DNA of 63,950 nt, counting the filler, from Alloascoidea hylecoeti (lineage: Eukaryota), in NCBI GenBank assembly GCA_001600815.1. It is 24 parts of 24 records of this genome, joined end to end, with 100 filler letters (N's around TTAATTAATTAA, not from the genome) between each part and the next. Parts side by side here need not be neighbours in the genome. Positions count along the whole stretch, not along the records: positions 44,100 to 46,515 come from BCKZ01000085.1; positions 46,616 to 48,998 come from BCKZ01000086.1; positions 49,099 to 51,449 come from BCKZ01000087.1; positions 51,550 to 53,870 come from BCKZ01000088.1; positions 53,971 to 56,184 come from BCKZ01000089.1; positions 56,285 to 58,348 come from BCKZ01000090.1; 18 more parts are not named here. One strand, given 5' to 3'. Position numbers and translations under genes: made by a program. Of the stretch, positions 45,463 to 56,734 are shown piece by piece (position 1 is the stretch's first letter; each line of letters begins with the position of its first letter). Below the pieces are notes generated by a model. It did no database searches and had not been told where the DNA came from. It saw only the letters and a list, made by a program, of their open reading frames with translations.

Positions 45463-45717
45463 ATTCTCTAATGATTTAAGAATTGAGAAGAAAAGAAGAA
45501 GATGGAGGTGAGGAAGAAATGAAATCAAATTATTTATAACAATTCGGCATAAGTGATTATGTAATGTAACTGTATACCCAAAATAAATATATATAGGTTC
45601 CAGATATCTAACAGGGTAATATTCACTAATAACGGTTTAATATTAGTAGTAGATAATTAGCTGCACCTCACCTCCTTTCTTTTCCCATCCCCTTTAAATT
45701 TTATTTGACACTTAAAA

Positions 45718-46443
45718 ATGGCACCCAAAAAACAAAAATTGGATATTTCTGAAGGTATATACATATATATCAATTAAACATTTGCCAATGAATACTAATA
45801 CTAATATTTCAAAATAGCTGAAAATACAATCTTTGATTATTTAAAAACACAAAACCGTCCATATTCAGTTTCCGACATAATTTTAAATCTTCATAATACA
45901 ATAAATAAAGCAACGTCTGTTAAAGTTTTAGAATCATTACACTCAGCAGGGAAACTACACTCAAAAACTTATGGTAAACAAACGTTTTATGTTGTTACAC
46001 AGGTAAGATTGGGATGAGAGGATGTGGTGCATCATATCATTGTTAACATTTAAGGGTTTTAGCCAGGTAATTTAGATGGTTGTCCTTCTGTTGAAGAATT
46101 AAATGATAAAATTGAGAAATTAAAAGAAAGAGAAAAAGAGATTTCTTTATCTTTTGGTGAACTCAAAACAAGTAAGTATATCCAAATGTTATCATTTTAA
46201 TTTATTATATTGTTAATATCATATTAATCAAATATCATAGAACATTGTGAAATCTTAGCATCACCAACAACGAACAATTTAAAATCATCAATTTTAAATC
46301 TACAAGAAGAGTTAAATATATTGAAACCAAAAATTGAAGAGTTTGACAATGGAGGTGATGAATTAATTTCAAAAGAAGATTTAACAAATATTATTGATAA
46401 ACAAACGAAATTAATTAAAATATATAATGAAAGAAAGAAAACA
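45718..46443 (+). CDS. HOP2: Meiotic recombination protein Hop2, spliced; 3' truncated
   Basis: MAPKKQK...AENTIFDYLKTQNRPYSVSDIILNLHN...KTYGKQ then coiled coil; introns 45755-45817, 46003-46062 and 46172-46240; absent from the ORF track. Confidence 0.88.
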
Positions 46444-46615
46444 GTAAGTTTTCAATTTAATTATTTTTTATTTTTTTTTTTTGATGGTGATAATTTATGA
46501 ACTAATCAAAATTTANNNNNNNNNNNNNNNNNNNNNNNNNNNNNNNNNNNNNNNNNNNNTTAATTAATTAANNNNNNNNNNNNNNNNNNNNNNNNNNNNN
46601 NNNNNNNNNNNNNNN

Positions 46616-48998
46616 TATTTTCTCCTTCATAATTAAATGGAATTGGAAGATCAGGTATGTTAATACCTGATCCATTATCGTTCTCCTTATAAATGCTCTT
46701 CATTTTATTCCACACCGTATAAATATCGTTAGAATTCTGTCTAAATCTTTCAGGAAATTGAAGAATCACTTCATAATACTCTTGAAAATACTCAATTAAA
46801 GGTTTTTTTAAGCATTCGGTTACTTCATTCGGTAAATATGAATAGATATTAGCAAAACCACAATTGGTTTTATTATCGTTAAATATATCAGACATCACTG
46901 TTAAAAAAGATGTATAAGGTGACGATTTAAATAAATTGCACAACGTTAATTGCGATTGGAATTCTTTAGTCTGACTCCTTAATATTATCGAGATTATAAA
47001 TGGAACAAGTCGATATAAATACTTCTCTATTTGAGGTAATATTAAATGTCTAGCCTCCAAACCCATTCCAAAATTATAATCAATATTTGAATCATTATAA
47101 CTGGTGTAAGTTGAATTATAGAGACGGAGAGAAAAATAAAATAATAAACATGCAGAAATTTCCGCTTGTAAAAGATAATGTTGGCAGATATTAGGTTCAG
47201 TTTTTAAATCACTATTTAAAAATAATAAATAGAAATGAATATGAAGTTGTGATAATAAAACAGTTTCAAATTTGAGTTGCAGTATCATCTGAGTATTTGA
47301 TAAAACATTTATTTTAAAGTCATCATTATCAATCAAACTCATATTTTCAATTGGTTTATCAATATATGTATCGTTTACACTTGATATAAAATCACTCTTG
47401 TGGGGAATTTTNCTAGAGTTTTTAAAAGTTTCTNGTAATCTCGGAAATTTATCCTTCAATGACTCTAATATATTAACAATAATACTTTCGACTGATGACC
47501 TCCGTGGTTTTTCTTTTAGGTTCATCCAAATAGAAGCTCGGAAAGCCATATACCCACACCCATCATATAAATAAGTGAGCATACGGGCGCTATTTTGAAA
47601 TTTCTTGATATTGAAAGCTGAAGATGATGAAGGGATATCTTNATAAAACGATGAATCNNGAATNTGGNNTTCTTGTATTTGTTTGGTGTCCATATTATCT
47701 TTATTCAAGAGAAGAGGTCTACCCAGGNTTGAAGCTTGNANTGCATCAANTGCNACTANGANACACCATGTTTTCCTCCATTTGTATTTGAAGTATTCAT
47801 CAAATATTTTTCCAGTTGGATCATAATTATCAGGATCTCGATTAATACCCATCTCAATCGCTAAACGAGTTGTTTGACCAACCAAAATACCACTNTCNTC
47901 GGCATCATCNCCNTCTCCANCTTCAGGAGCAAATATACGATAGAANCGNACACNTAGNAAATATTGTAATGGTAGTAGACTGAAATGTTCTATTGTTGTC
48001 ATATTGACGAAAGAAAAAAGGTTTAGTGATAATGTCATAAATTCAGGGCCAATTGAAACATTATTTTCTACCAATGGCTCAAAAAATTGATCTAAGCAAC
48101 TATTATTGTTTNCTTTATGATACGCAATTGGCATTGTCAAATATCCAGTTCTTAATATGAACATAAACATTGCTAAACTGATTAATTCATTATCTTTAAA
48201 TTGTGATTTTAACAATCCAAACCTATACCATGAAATTCCATTATCATCAGTTATTGTTGAACTAATACTCTTCAATATGGTCGTAAAAGGTTCATAATCN
48301 ATGNCATTCCACATANTATNAAANTAAAGCCAATAATATTTGACAATAATATTGCAATGATCTACCGAAGGAATAATTTCATTTATTCGATGTAAAATTG
48401 GGTGTAATTCAACAGTTGGTCCATAGAGAGGGTCAGGCTCAGTTTTCTGTATTTTATTAGGTGATATATTTTTGATATCGGAATCTGTTGAAGAATAAAC
48501 CTGTGTTAATATAGGATCTTTTGTTATAATACTCAATCTACTCATTGTACCAAAATGTGAAGTATAACCTTTTTCAATGTTTAAAGAATTAAAACTTTCA
48601 GTTAAACTCATTATAGGATCATAATTTTCGGGATTCCCATTTTCGTTAATTTTCCCATCTTTGAAATTTGTTTGGTTAACATCATCTGGATATTTGTTCT
48701 TCTTAAACCTCTTCATACGTCGTAACTCTATTCGTTTGCTCTTAATCTGATCCTTAAGTATTGCATTTTGTGCGTATAATTCCATTTCTAACGAATTTAA
48801 ATGATGTACTTCTGCTTCCTCGACGTTATTTTCCGTTGATCGTTTGTTACTGTATATACAAAGACGAGAGACTCCGAGCCTTACGCATTGTGAACAGTGT
48901 GGTTTTTGTTTATCGCACTATATATTTCGGATAACTATTAGTACTTGATTCTATCAGAAAACTATGACAGGGAAACATACTTTTGCTCGACGTCTTCT
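46616..48998 (-). CDS. Zn(II)2Cys6 transcription factor with fungal-specific TF domain; both ends truncated
   Basis: RRRRAK|CDKQKPHCSQCVRLGVSRLCIY with intron 48918-48980; RLAIEMGINRDP...WRKTW middle homology region. Confidence 0.88.
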
Positions 48999-49098
48999 NN
49001 NNNNNNNNNNNNNNNNNNNNNNNNNNNNNNNNNNNNNNNNNNTTAATTAATTAANNNNNNNNNNNNNNNNNNNNNNNNNNNNNNNNNNNNNNNNNNNN

Positions 49099-51449
49099 CC
49101 CGGCTATGAAAGCCTATATAAATAGTAAGTAGTTTCCTCTTTTTATAAGATAAGTTATTTTCACTTCAGCTAAATTATCGCTATATCCTTACATGGGGGC
49201 CGAGCTTATTATTGATCCTAATACTGCTACACAAAAGATAATTATGACCACTAAACTATCTGCTACACAAAAAAACCTTCAGAAAGAGTATTTTACTCAC
49301 TCTTCTACACTCGAAGGATGGTCATTATCCACGCCACTACAACAGCGTCCCAAATTATTGATGTCCATCAAGAAATTCATCTTAGAATTACCTCCGGACC
49401 CTGACTATTTCATTGCTGCTAGTGTCGTGTGTCATCAATGTGAAGAAGACAATGTTTTCACAGATTACACATNCATTAAAGATTCTATTAAATCAAGACA
49501 NGATTTCTTAGATTATTTCTTCTNCAAAGGAACGAAAGATACTGAACAAACTATCTTCCAAATGCAATTATTCAATCAATTGCTCAACACTAGATTTATT
49601 AAATCTATACAAGAATTTAGAACTTTGATCAACTGGTTGAAACGTTCTTTACCTGGTTTAAATTTGTTATCCAGAAGAGTAGTCTCTATGGCTCTTTTCC
49701 AAAGCAAATGCTTTAAGAATTTAGAAAAGATCCATATGTTTCTACTTAGAGACATAACTGCTAATAAAACAATGGAATCCAATTCCGTTTCAAATCTCAT
49801 CGTGGATATTTGCAGTTTACAACAAGAGGAATATCCGTTTTTACAGTCAAAATCCACAAGAAACTTAAAAGAAGATAAGAAACAACCAAAAAACCCATCA
49901 TCCAAATTAAATAGTAATAAAGATACTTCTGCCTACTATGTAACTTCCTCTGTTAATGCAAATCCTCTTTTACCTATTGTTACTATCAACATCGGTGGAA
50001 TTCCAACAACAACGTTACTAGACACTGGAGCAGTTGCTTGCTTAATCAACAGCAATTTCGTGATGAAAAACAGGTTAAAATTCAGTCTCTCAAAATATCA
50101 AAAACAAATAACTATACAAGATATAAACCAAGGTTCTCGCACTTTTCCAAATAGGGTTACATGTCAACGCATTCACACGTATTCCCCTCATACTTTTCAT
50201 TTAGTAGATGACCTACCTTATGATGCCATCATTGGTTACAACTTTATTTCTTTACATCCTGAAATTTGGAATCTCGTAAATAATACGAAAGCTAATCTAA
50301 ATTCAAATTCCGATATTGTTAAGGTAAACAAAGTGACCATTACAACATCAACCGCTCCAATTCCCGAGAATGATGAAATTATTCAAGTTACTAAACCTAA
50401 GTTAAACTTAAAAGAGTACATTGAAAATCTTAAAATTCCCGACCCATTTAAAAAGTTACTACATGATTATGAAGAGCTTTTTACGCCAGTGACTTCAATC
50501 CCACCACATCGTAATTCAGATTATAAAATCAACATCGATGAAAAATCATGGGAAAATTTAAAAAACAGACCATTACCGAAATATTCTGTGAATCAACTAG
50601 ATTTTCTTAAATCCGAAGTTACACGTCTCTTGGAATGTGGACTAATTGAACGTTGTTATGATTCAATTTACTCAGTACCATCAATAGTACCTAAACCGCA
50701 TAGTAATAACATGCGCATGGTTATAGATTACCGTTCTATTAATAAGCTTACAAAGTCTATTCCAACCAATATTGAAACTTGGGAACAATTATCAACAAAA
50801 ATCAACCCTAAGTCGACTAAATTCACTACACTAGATCTCACTAGTTCATACCATTTAATCAGACTTGACGAGTACACCCGCAGATTTACCTGTTTTGCAA
50901 CACCGTTTGGTAAATTCCGGTTTTTAGTTTTACCATTTGGTATGGTAGACTCACCAATGGTGTTCACTGATTATCTCTCCACACTGTTCTTCGATCATAA
51001 AATAGAAGCCTTAAAATATATGGATGATATTTTAATCGAGTCCCATGATTCCCTGTCAAACCATATTACCAAATTACAAAAAAGTTTAGACTCATCTCTT
51101 CCTACTCCAGAAAATACAACTAGAGCTTATCGACTTTACAAAGACGGTAGTATGGACATGGAAATTAAATCAATTTTAAACCATCAGAAAAAAGCGAAAG
51201 GATATTCCATCCTGGTACAATTTTTGGATGATTCGGAGAATTGGGTTCGATATTCCGATTTAAAACGTTCTGCACCTATTCTCCTTGAAGAATATATCAA
51301 TCAGAATAACCTTCAGATACCGTGATTACGAAAATTACAACTACTTGGAGGGGATGTCAGGTTCTCAGGTATCAATTGTAACTTAAAGTATAGCTACCCG
51401 GCTATGAAAGCCTATATAAATAGTAAGTAGTTTCCTCTTTTTATAAGAT
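49099..51449 (+). mobile_element. Ty3/gypsy LTR retrotransposon, internally deleted
   Basis: Partial LTRs at 49099-49193 (ends CCTTACA) and 51355-51449 (starts TGTCAGG) overlap by 53 identical nt; PBS TGGGGGCCGAGC at 49194; PPT GGAGGGGA at 51347-51354. Confidence 0.93.
49193..51325 (+). CDS. Gag-protease-partial RT-chromodomain polyprotein lacking RNase H and integrase core
   Basis: LLDTGA protease; MRMVIDYRSIN, LDLTSSYH, LPFG and YMDD RT motifs; about 40 aa later EIKSILNH...YSILVQF...ENWV chromodomain-like end. Confidence 0.88.
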   Translation: MGAELIIDPNTATQKIIMTTKLSATQKNLQKEYFTHSSTLEGWSLSTPLQQRPKLLMSIKKFILELPPDPDYFIAASVVCHQCEEDNVFTDYTXIKDSIKSRXDFLDYFFXKGTKDTEQTIFQMQLFNQLLNTRFIKSIQEFRTLINWLKRSLPGLNLLSRRVVSMALFQSKCFKNLEKIHMFLLRDITANKTMESNSVSNLIVDICSLQQEEYPFLQSKSTRNLKEDKKQPKNPSSKLNSNKDTSAYYVTSSVNANPLLPIVTINIGGIPTTTLLDTGAVACLINSNFVMKNRLKFSLSKYQKQITIQDINQGSRTFPNRVTCQRIHTYSPHTFHLVDDLPYDAIIGYNFISLHPEIWNLVNNTKANLNSNSDIVKVNKVTITTSTAPIPENDEIIQVTKPKLNLKEYIENLKIPDPFKKLLHDYEELFTPVTSIPPHRNSDYKINIDEKSWENLKNRPLPKYSVNQLDFLKSEVTRLLECGLIERCYDSIYSVPSIVPKPHSNNMRMVIDYRSINKLTKSIPTNIETWEQLSTKINPKSTKFTTLDLTSSYHLIRLDEYTRRFTCFATPFGKFRFLVLPFGMVDSPMVFTDYLSTLFFDHKIEALKYMDDILIESHDSLSNHITKLQKSLDSSLPTPENTTRAYRLYKDGSMDMEIKSILNHQKKAKGYSILVQFLDDSENWVRYSDLKRSAPILLEEYINQNNLQIP

Positions 51450-51950
51450 NNNNNNNNNNNNNNNNNNNNNNNNNNNNNNNNNNNNNNNNNNNNTTAATTA
51501 ATTAANNNNNNNNNNNNNNNNNNNNNNNNNNNNNNNNNNNNNNNNNNNNTATTTCCCCCACCACCCATATAAATCATCCAAAATTATATTTGTCTATAAA
51601 TAATATCTCAAATATATATATATATTGACTCATTCACACACAATTGGTTATTTTAATATATTAACAAATTACGTAACTTTCAGACACTATCGAGGAGTAA
51701 GACCTTCATAGTTAAACCAATATTTGTATACGAATTCTAAAAATACTCATCCATCCACAATTCCGATTAATAAATTAATTATAAAATATATGATTATAAT
51801 TCTCAGGATACATAGTANGTAAATCATGCATCAGGTTCAGTTTCGCATGTTAGGCAAATAAGAGTTTGGATATATATATATTTAGCAATTACCTTTTCAC
51901 CAATTCATACATTATTAATTTTAATNGCAACAAATTTATCAATTCAATTA

Positions 51951-52495
51951 ATGGTTTCATTAGTTAAAATAACAATTTATTTTGAACATTTAATAATTGA
52001 AAGATTTCTAATTAATCAAAAAAATCAAATTGTAATTCATAAAGAATTATTACTTGAATATGATAAAAAAGTTGTTAGACCAAATCTTTCAAAACAATAT
52101 AGAGATGTTTCAATACAAGTTGATGAAAAAAAGTAATAATAATATAGAAAATATTAATTTTTTTGCACCACAGACAAAACGTCAATTTGTTACACATGTT
52201 GTTGGTGGTTATTCACCAATTCCTAGTTGGGCTAATCCAAGAACATATTTATCCTCAATTAATAATAATAATCAATTAAGTTTATATAATATGGGAAGAA
52301 AAACTGGATTTTTCAATAGTGGAACTACTCAAAAAAGAAGGTAATAATTTCAGATTTATTTCTTAATTAATTAGTTAACTTTTAAACTTTTAAACTTTAA
52401 ACTTTCGATATTTTAGGGGAATTGATNTTTCAATATTACGAAAAGAGATATGATTTATATTATGCATTTAAATATGCTATTAAAATGCCAAGTTG
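51951..52495 (+). CDS. Possible spliced or frameshifted hypothetical gene
   Basis: Overlapping 61-aa and 96-aa ORFs followed by a GTAATA...TTTAG intron-like segment and a short open frame; no motif recognised. Confidence 0.3.
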
Positions 52496-53970
52496 TAAGC
52501 TAAAATAATATAAATTAATATTAGTTATTATTATACAAGAATTGCATTATATTATGTTTTATATTTATTGATATATTATTATCTAATTGTTTTCANAAAT
52601 CATCCCATCCAAATACTAAATTTTGTGCTTTTTAGATATCCATTATAACCGTTCATTTGAATTATTTTTATTTTGACTATTACTTAATGCAGTTATTCTT
52701 AATGATTTATCTTTTTCTTTAAGTATGAAAGTATTTGTGTATGACCATTTGAATTTAAATATGATTTTTGTAGATCCAGGAGCTCCAGAGTTTGGAGTTG
52801 AAGTTGTTGATGAATTATAAATCGTTTACATTAAATTCAATTTTGGAATATAATATATACAGTGGGTTTAGGTAATGTTGATTGTATTTCAGGTAAAAAA
52901 TTATTTTCCCATCCATGTTGAAAATAAATATGAGTTGGTGACGACCAAGGTCCGCGTAAGACACCTACAAAAGGGGAAATACAATTAGCAGTAGTTTCCA
53001 GATGCTGGAGTAGCCTGTATAAAGGAACATTAGCAAGGTTGAACTCGTACAACACTTTCAGTATTGTATTTGAATTGAATAATATTGTTATTATTAATTA
53101 GAANGGTTTTTAGATAGCTCTTTATCAAAATCAAACTTAGGGCAATTGTTAGCAGCAGATGACTCAGAAGTGGTACTTGAGGATTTCGATCTCCATTTTT
53201 TTTATGATTTCCTTCCATCTGCAAATGATATAAATCACAAAAACGACACCCATTGATAAATCGAAATCCGTTGCGTTTAGAAGAACCATTTCCAAAACTT
53301 GGAGCTGAAATTGTATCACTACTATATCGCTCGTCTGCCATTGGGATAACAAAACTGAAAATTAACGTCACAAAGCCTTTAATAGTATCACCACTTGAAT
53401 AAAACGGTTTCTCATTCTCGATGGATACATCAAGATAAACAAAATTTAATAAGATAAATAATTGTTTTTCATGTCAATGAAGCTTCAATTCCTGGCCATT
53501 ATTATGTTTTGAAATTTTATTATTTACATTTCACTACATAAAATGAAAAATAATAGACCGTATATTAAAAAACTCAGTATTTGTAAATAGCAATGATTAT
53601 AGAACGTGTAGAGATATATGCGGTTAAATAAAATATATGTTGTACAGTAAACAGGATATAATAAATATACACATAATAATACTAGATTTTATTAATTTCT
53701 TTTTCTCTTTGTAAGCTTCCGTCTTTTACTTTTATTAGCTTTTTTTTTAAGTTCTTCAAGTTCTGCTTCTTTTTTTTCTATGCATGTTTTTTTACAAGAT
53801 TTTAGTCTTTCCACATCCCAATCCTGTTTAATCTGTAGATTACCCATTTGTTTCTTCGAATTTTTGTTATNNNNNNNNNNNNNNNNNNNNNNNNNNNNNN
53901 NNNNNNNNNNNNNNTTAATTAATTAANNNNNNNNNNNNNNNNNNNNNNNNNNNNNNNNNNNNNNNNNNNN

Positions 53971-54822
53971 ATGTTCAGGTTTTGTACATTTGAAATGATA
54001 ATAGTCAAATTCATTTACTATTGCAAATTCATCTAACAAATTCTCGATTTCTTCAGTATCAATAATTGGCCAAATATAATCGATCCCATTTTTAAAGTTC
54101 TCGTAGATTAAATCACAGAAATCTTTGGAAGGCAGCATTCTTTCTAGTTTTGTGATTGGATCTACATTATTATTTGCTAATTGACCTTTTTCGTGGAAGA
54201 CAGAGTTCTCATCATGAAACCTTGACCCCGGGTACCTATTTAAGTTTTCATTTGGAAGTAAACCTACCTCAATTTCAATAGCTTTTTCAATCGATTTATG
54301 AGCCTTCCTAACTGCCTCAAATAATTTAGATAAAATGGGATCATTTGTTTCTAAAGATTCCCTGCTAGTAGGACCAAAATGATTAAGAGTCTCGCTTTTC
54401 ATATCAAGGCATTGAAACTTTTGATTTAACTCTATAACTGGATCAAAACACTTAAAACTATTTCCGCATGCAGGAACGCGTAAAGCAGCCGAATTCAAAA
54501 TCTGCATATGATGGGCTAATTGTAACTGGGTTTCCATACCTTTGATCTTCTGTTTAATATCATTATTCTCAATCTTTAAATTTTTCAGTTCATTTTTTTC
54601 TTGAAGTTTTGTGTAAAAGGATTTTCTTTTTTGGGGTGGTTTATAACAGCATATATTTTCGTATCCTAGTTTCTTACATCTAACACATTCTGGTTTGGTT
54701 TTGTCACACTTTAATTTTAAACATTTCGTTAGTATAAATTAATATTGTAATTAAAAATCAGGTCATACTTTGACTCTCCTCCTCCTGCAAACAATACAAG
54801 GAAATAAACTTATATCTTCCAT
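53971..54822 (-). CDS. Zn(II)2Cys6 transcription factor, N-terminal part
   Basis: MEDISLFPCIVCRRRRVK|CDKTKPECVRCKKLGYENICCY with intron 54709-54768; LPSKDFCDLIYENF...WPIID. Confidence 0.9.
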
Positions 54823-56284
54823 TGATATTTAAATTTGAAAGTAGATGAAGACAGGTATAACTTATATATTTATATTTCTAATTCATATATTAAATCCTTC
54901 GACTTTTTAGTGGCAAATTAAAATTAAAATTAAAAGATATATTTTAAACTTTGCTGTGATAAACAAATTAACCTTCTCCAATAACAACTATAGGTACAAT
55001 ATATAAGATCTGAAGGTTTGAGAAGGATTATCGTTGATTGATATTTTCATGAATCGAAAGAATGAGGAGAATTAATACAAAATCTTTGAAATGCTTATAT
55101 ATAGCAACGGTAACATGGATTTTAATGAAGCAGGGAGGATTATTAATTTCATTAGTAATATTACAGTCAGGGAGGGTAACTTACAAAACATGTATTAAAC
55201 CTTTTTTTCAATATTTATTGATGCATAAACCCAAAATTATTTTGTCAATTGCTTACTCCATGGGGAGGTGTGGTGGGTGGAATAACAACCGGGTTCAGAA
55301 AATCATTTCTGCTAAACGACGCCAAATAGCAAGCTTTAAAAACTACCATAATACTTAACTGAATATTATCTAAAAGGTGGCTGGCAAAATACAATTATTT
55401 ACTTAATTTCGGCTATTTGGTGAACTAAATATTCGGCCAAGTGAAAAGCCAATAGCCTTATAAGGTACATTAGGATAAAAGATTTAAACATTATTATACT
55501 ACCATGAATAGAAAAATTGATTTTCGTTTATACCCAAGTTAGTATATTTAACGTGTATAGTTATTAAAAAAATATGGTTAAATGCCAACAAGAGTGCTAC
55601 TGTAATGGTTGATTGAAGCCGCAAACTTTAACATACTGGTATATATGCTATATATCAAATCTAGGATAGATACACATTAAGTTCTGAACCTCAAACAACT
55701 AGAAAAAACAGTTTGATATGAAAGTATTATCATCTCATTTTGTTCCAACATCTTTCATCAATCAGCACATTTAAAGAATATATAGACGCCGTTGGAAAGA
55801 TTAGTATTCCCACACTTGCTTCATTTGAATCGCTGTATTGCCCTTGATGTATAAGTCACAGTTCAAGTTTATATAATTTCATACTATAGTATAGGAAAAA
55901 TTGATTTACATCATACTTTGATCAATGCCGTAATTATAAAATTTAGGTACACATAATCATAGCTAGAAGTAGCTGGATTGTGTTTTACAACACATTCAGT
56001 TTAGGGCTTTAATAATTAAATCTTGTACACAACTTCAAACTCATAAGTAATATCGATATTACTACATATTGTAAGCATATATGACCATGATTTTATATAT
56101 TATTTCCAAGTAAATCAGACATTCTTACATCAAAGTCTTGATCCTGATTAAAAACGTCTCTTAGCAAATTTGGATCATGCATTANNNNNNNNNNNNNNNN
56201 NNNNNNNNNNNNNNNNNNNNNNNNNNNNTTAATTAATTAANNNNNNNNNNNNNNNNNNNNNNNNNNNNNNNNNNNNNNNNNNNN

Positions 56285-56699
56285 ATATATATAATTATGT
56301 TAAATATGGAGTTCCTTTTGTTATCTGTCCTTAATGCGATAAGTAATGTGTCATAGTTTAAACAGCATTTAATGTAAATATTCACCACCAATGTTATGAC
56401 ATATTCATGTAGTTGTTGATACCATGAATAGGGCGCGTTCATCCCAAAATAACTTAGACTTCAGTAATTCAACTTCATCCATATATAACCGATAACCGTT
56501 AGATATATCTTGGTCCACACTCTTAATGCATCAACATATGACCTCATTATCCTTTTTTGAGCAGGCTTTTGTCCTCATCCCCTTTCAGTTATTGAGTAAG
56601 CTCAATGGTTTTCTACCTGTTTAACTATGTAGTTTATATATAATATATAGCTTTTAACTATATTATATAACAATTCCGTATTAACTCGAACGGACGCCC
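56285..56699 (-). mobile_element. 5' part of a cox1 group II intron starting GGGCG
   Basis: Follows exon end AAAATAT; candidate EBS1 ATATTT in a stem-loop (56376-56381); frame stays open from the exon in table 4. Confidence 0.8.
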
Positions 56700-56734
56700 A
56701 TATTTTAACCCCTGTAGGTATTGCTATTATCATT
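56700..56734 (-). CDS. cox1: cox1 exon, 35 nt ((T)MIIAIPTGVKI(F))
   Basis: Conserved MIIAxPTGxKI motif. Confidence 0.94.

Noticed and set aside
52837..53500. Arrestin-like fragment (EKPFYSSGDTIKGFVTL) on the minus strand
   Set aside because: Only one short motif among broken frames; not enough for a call without a search.
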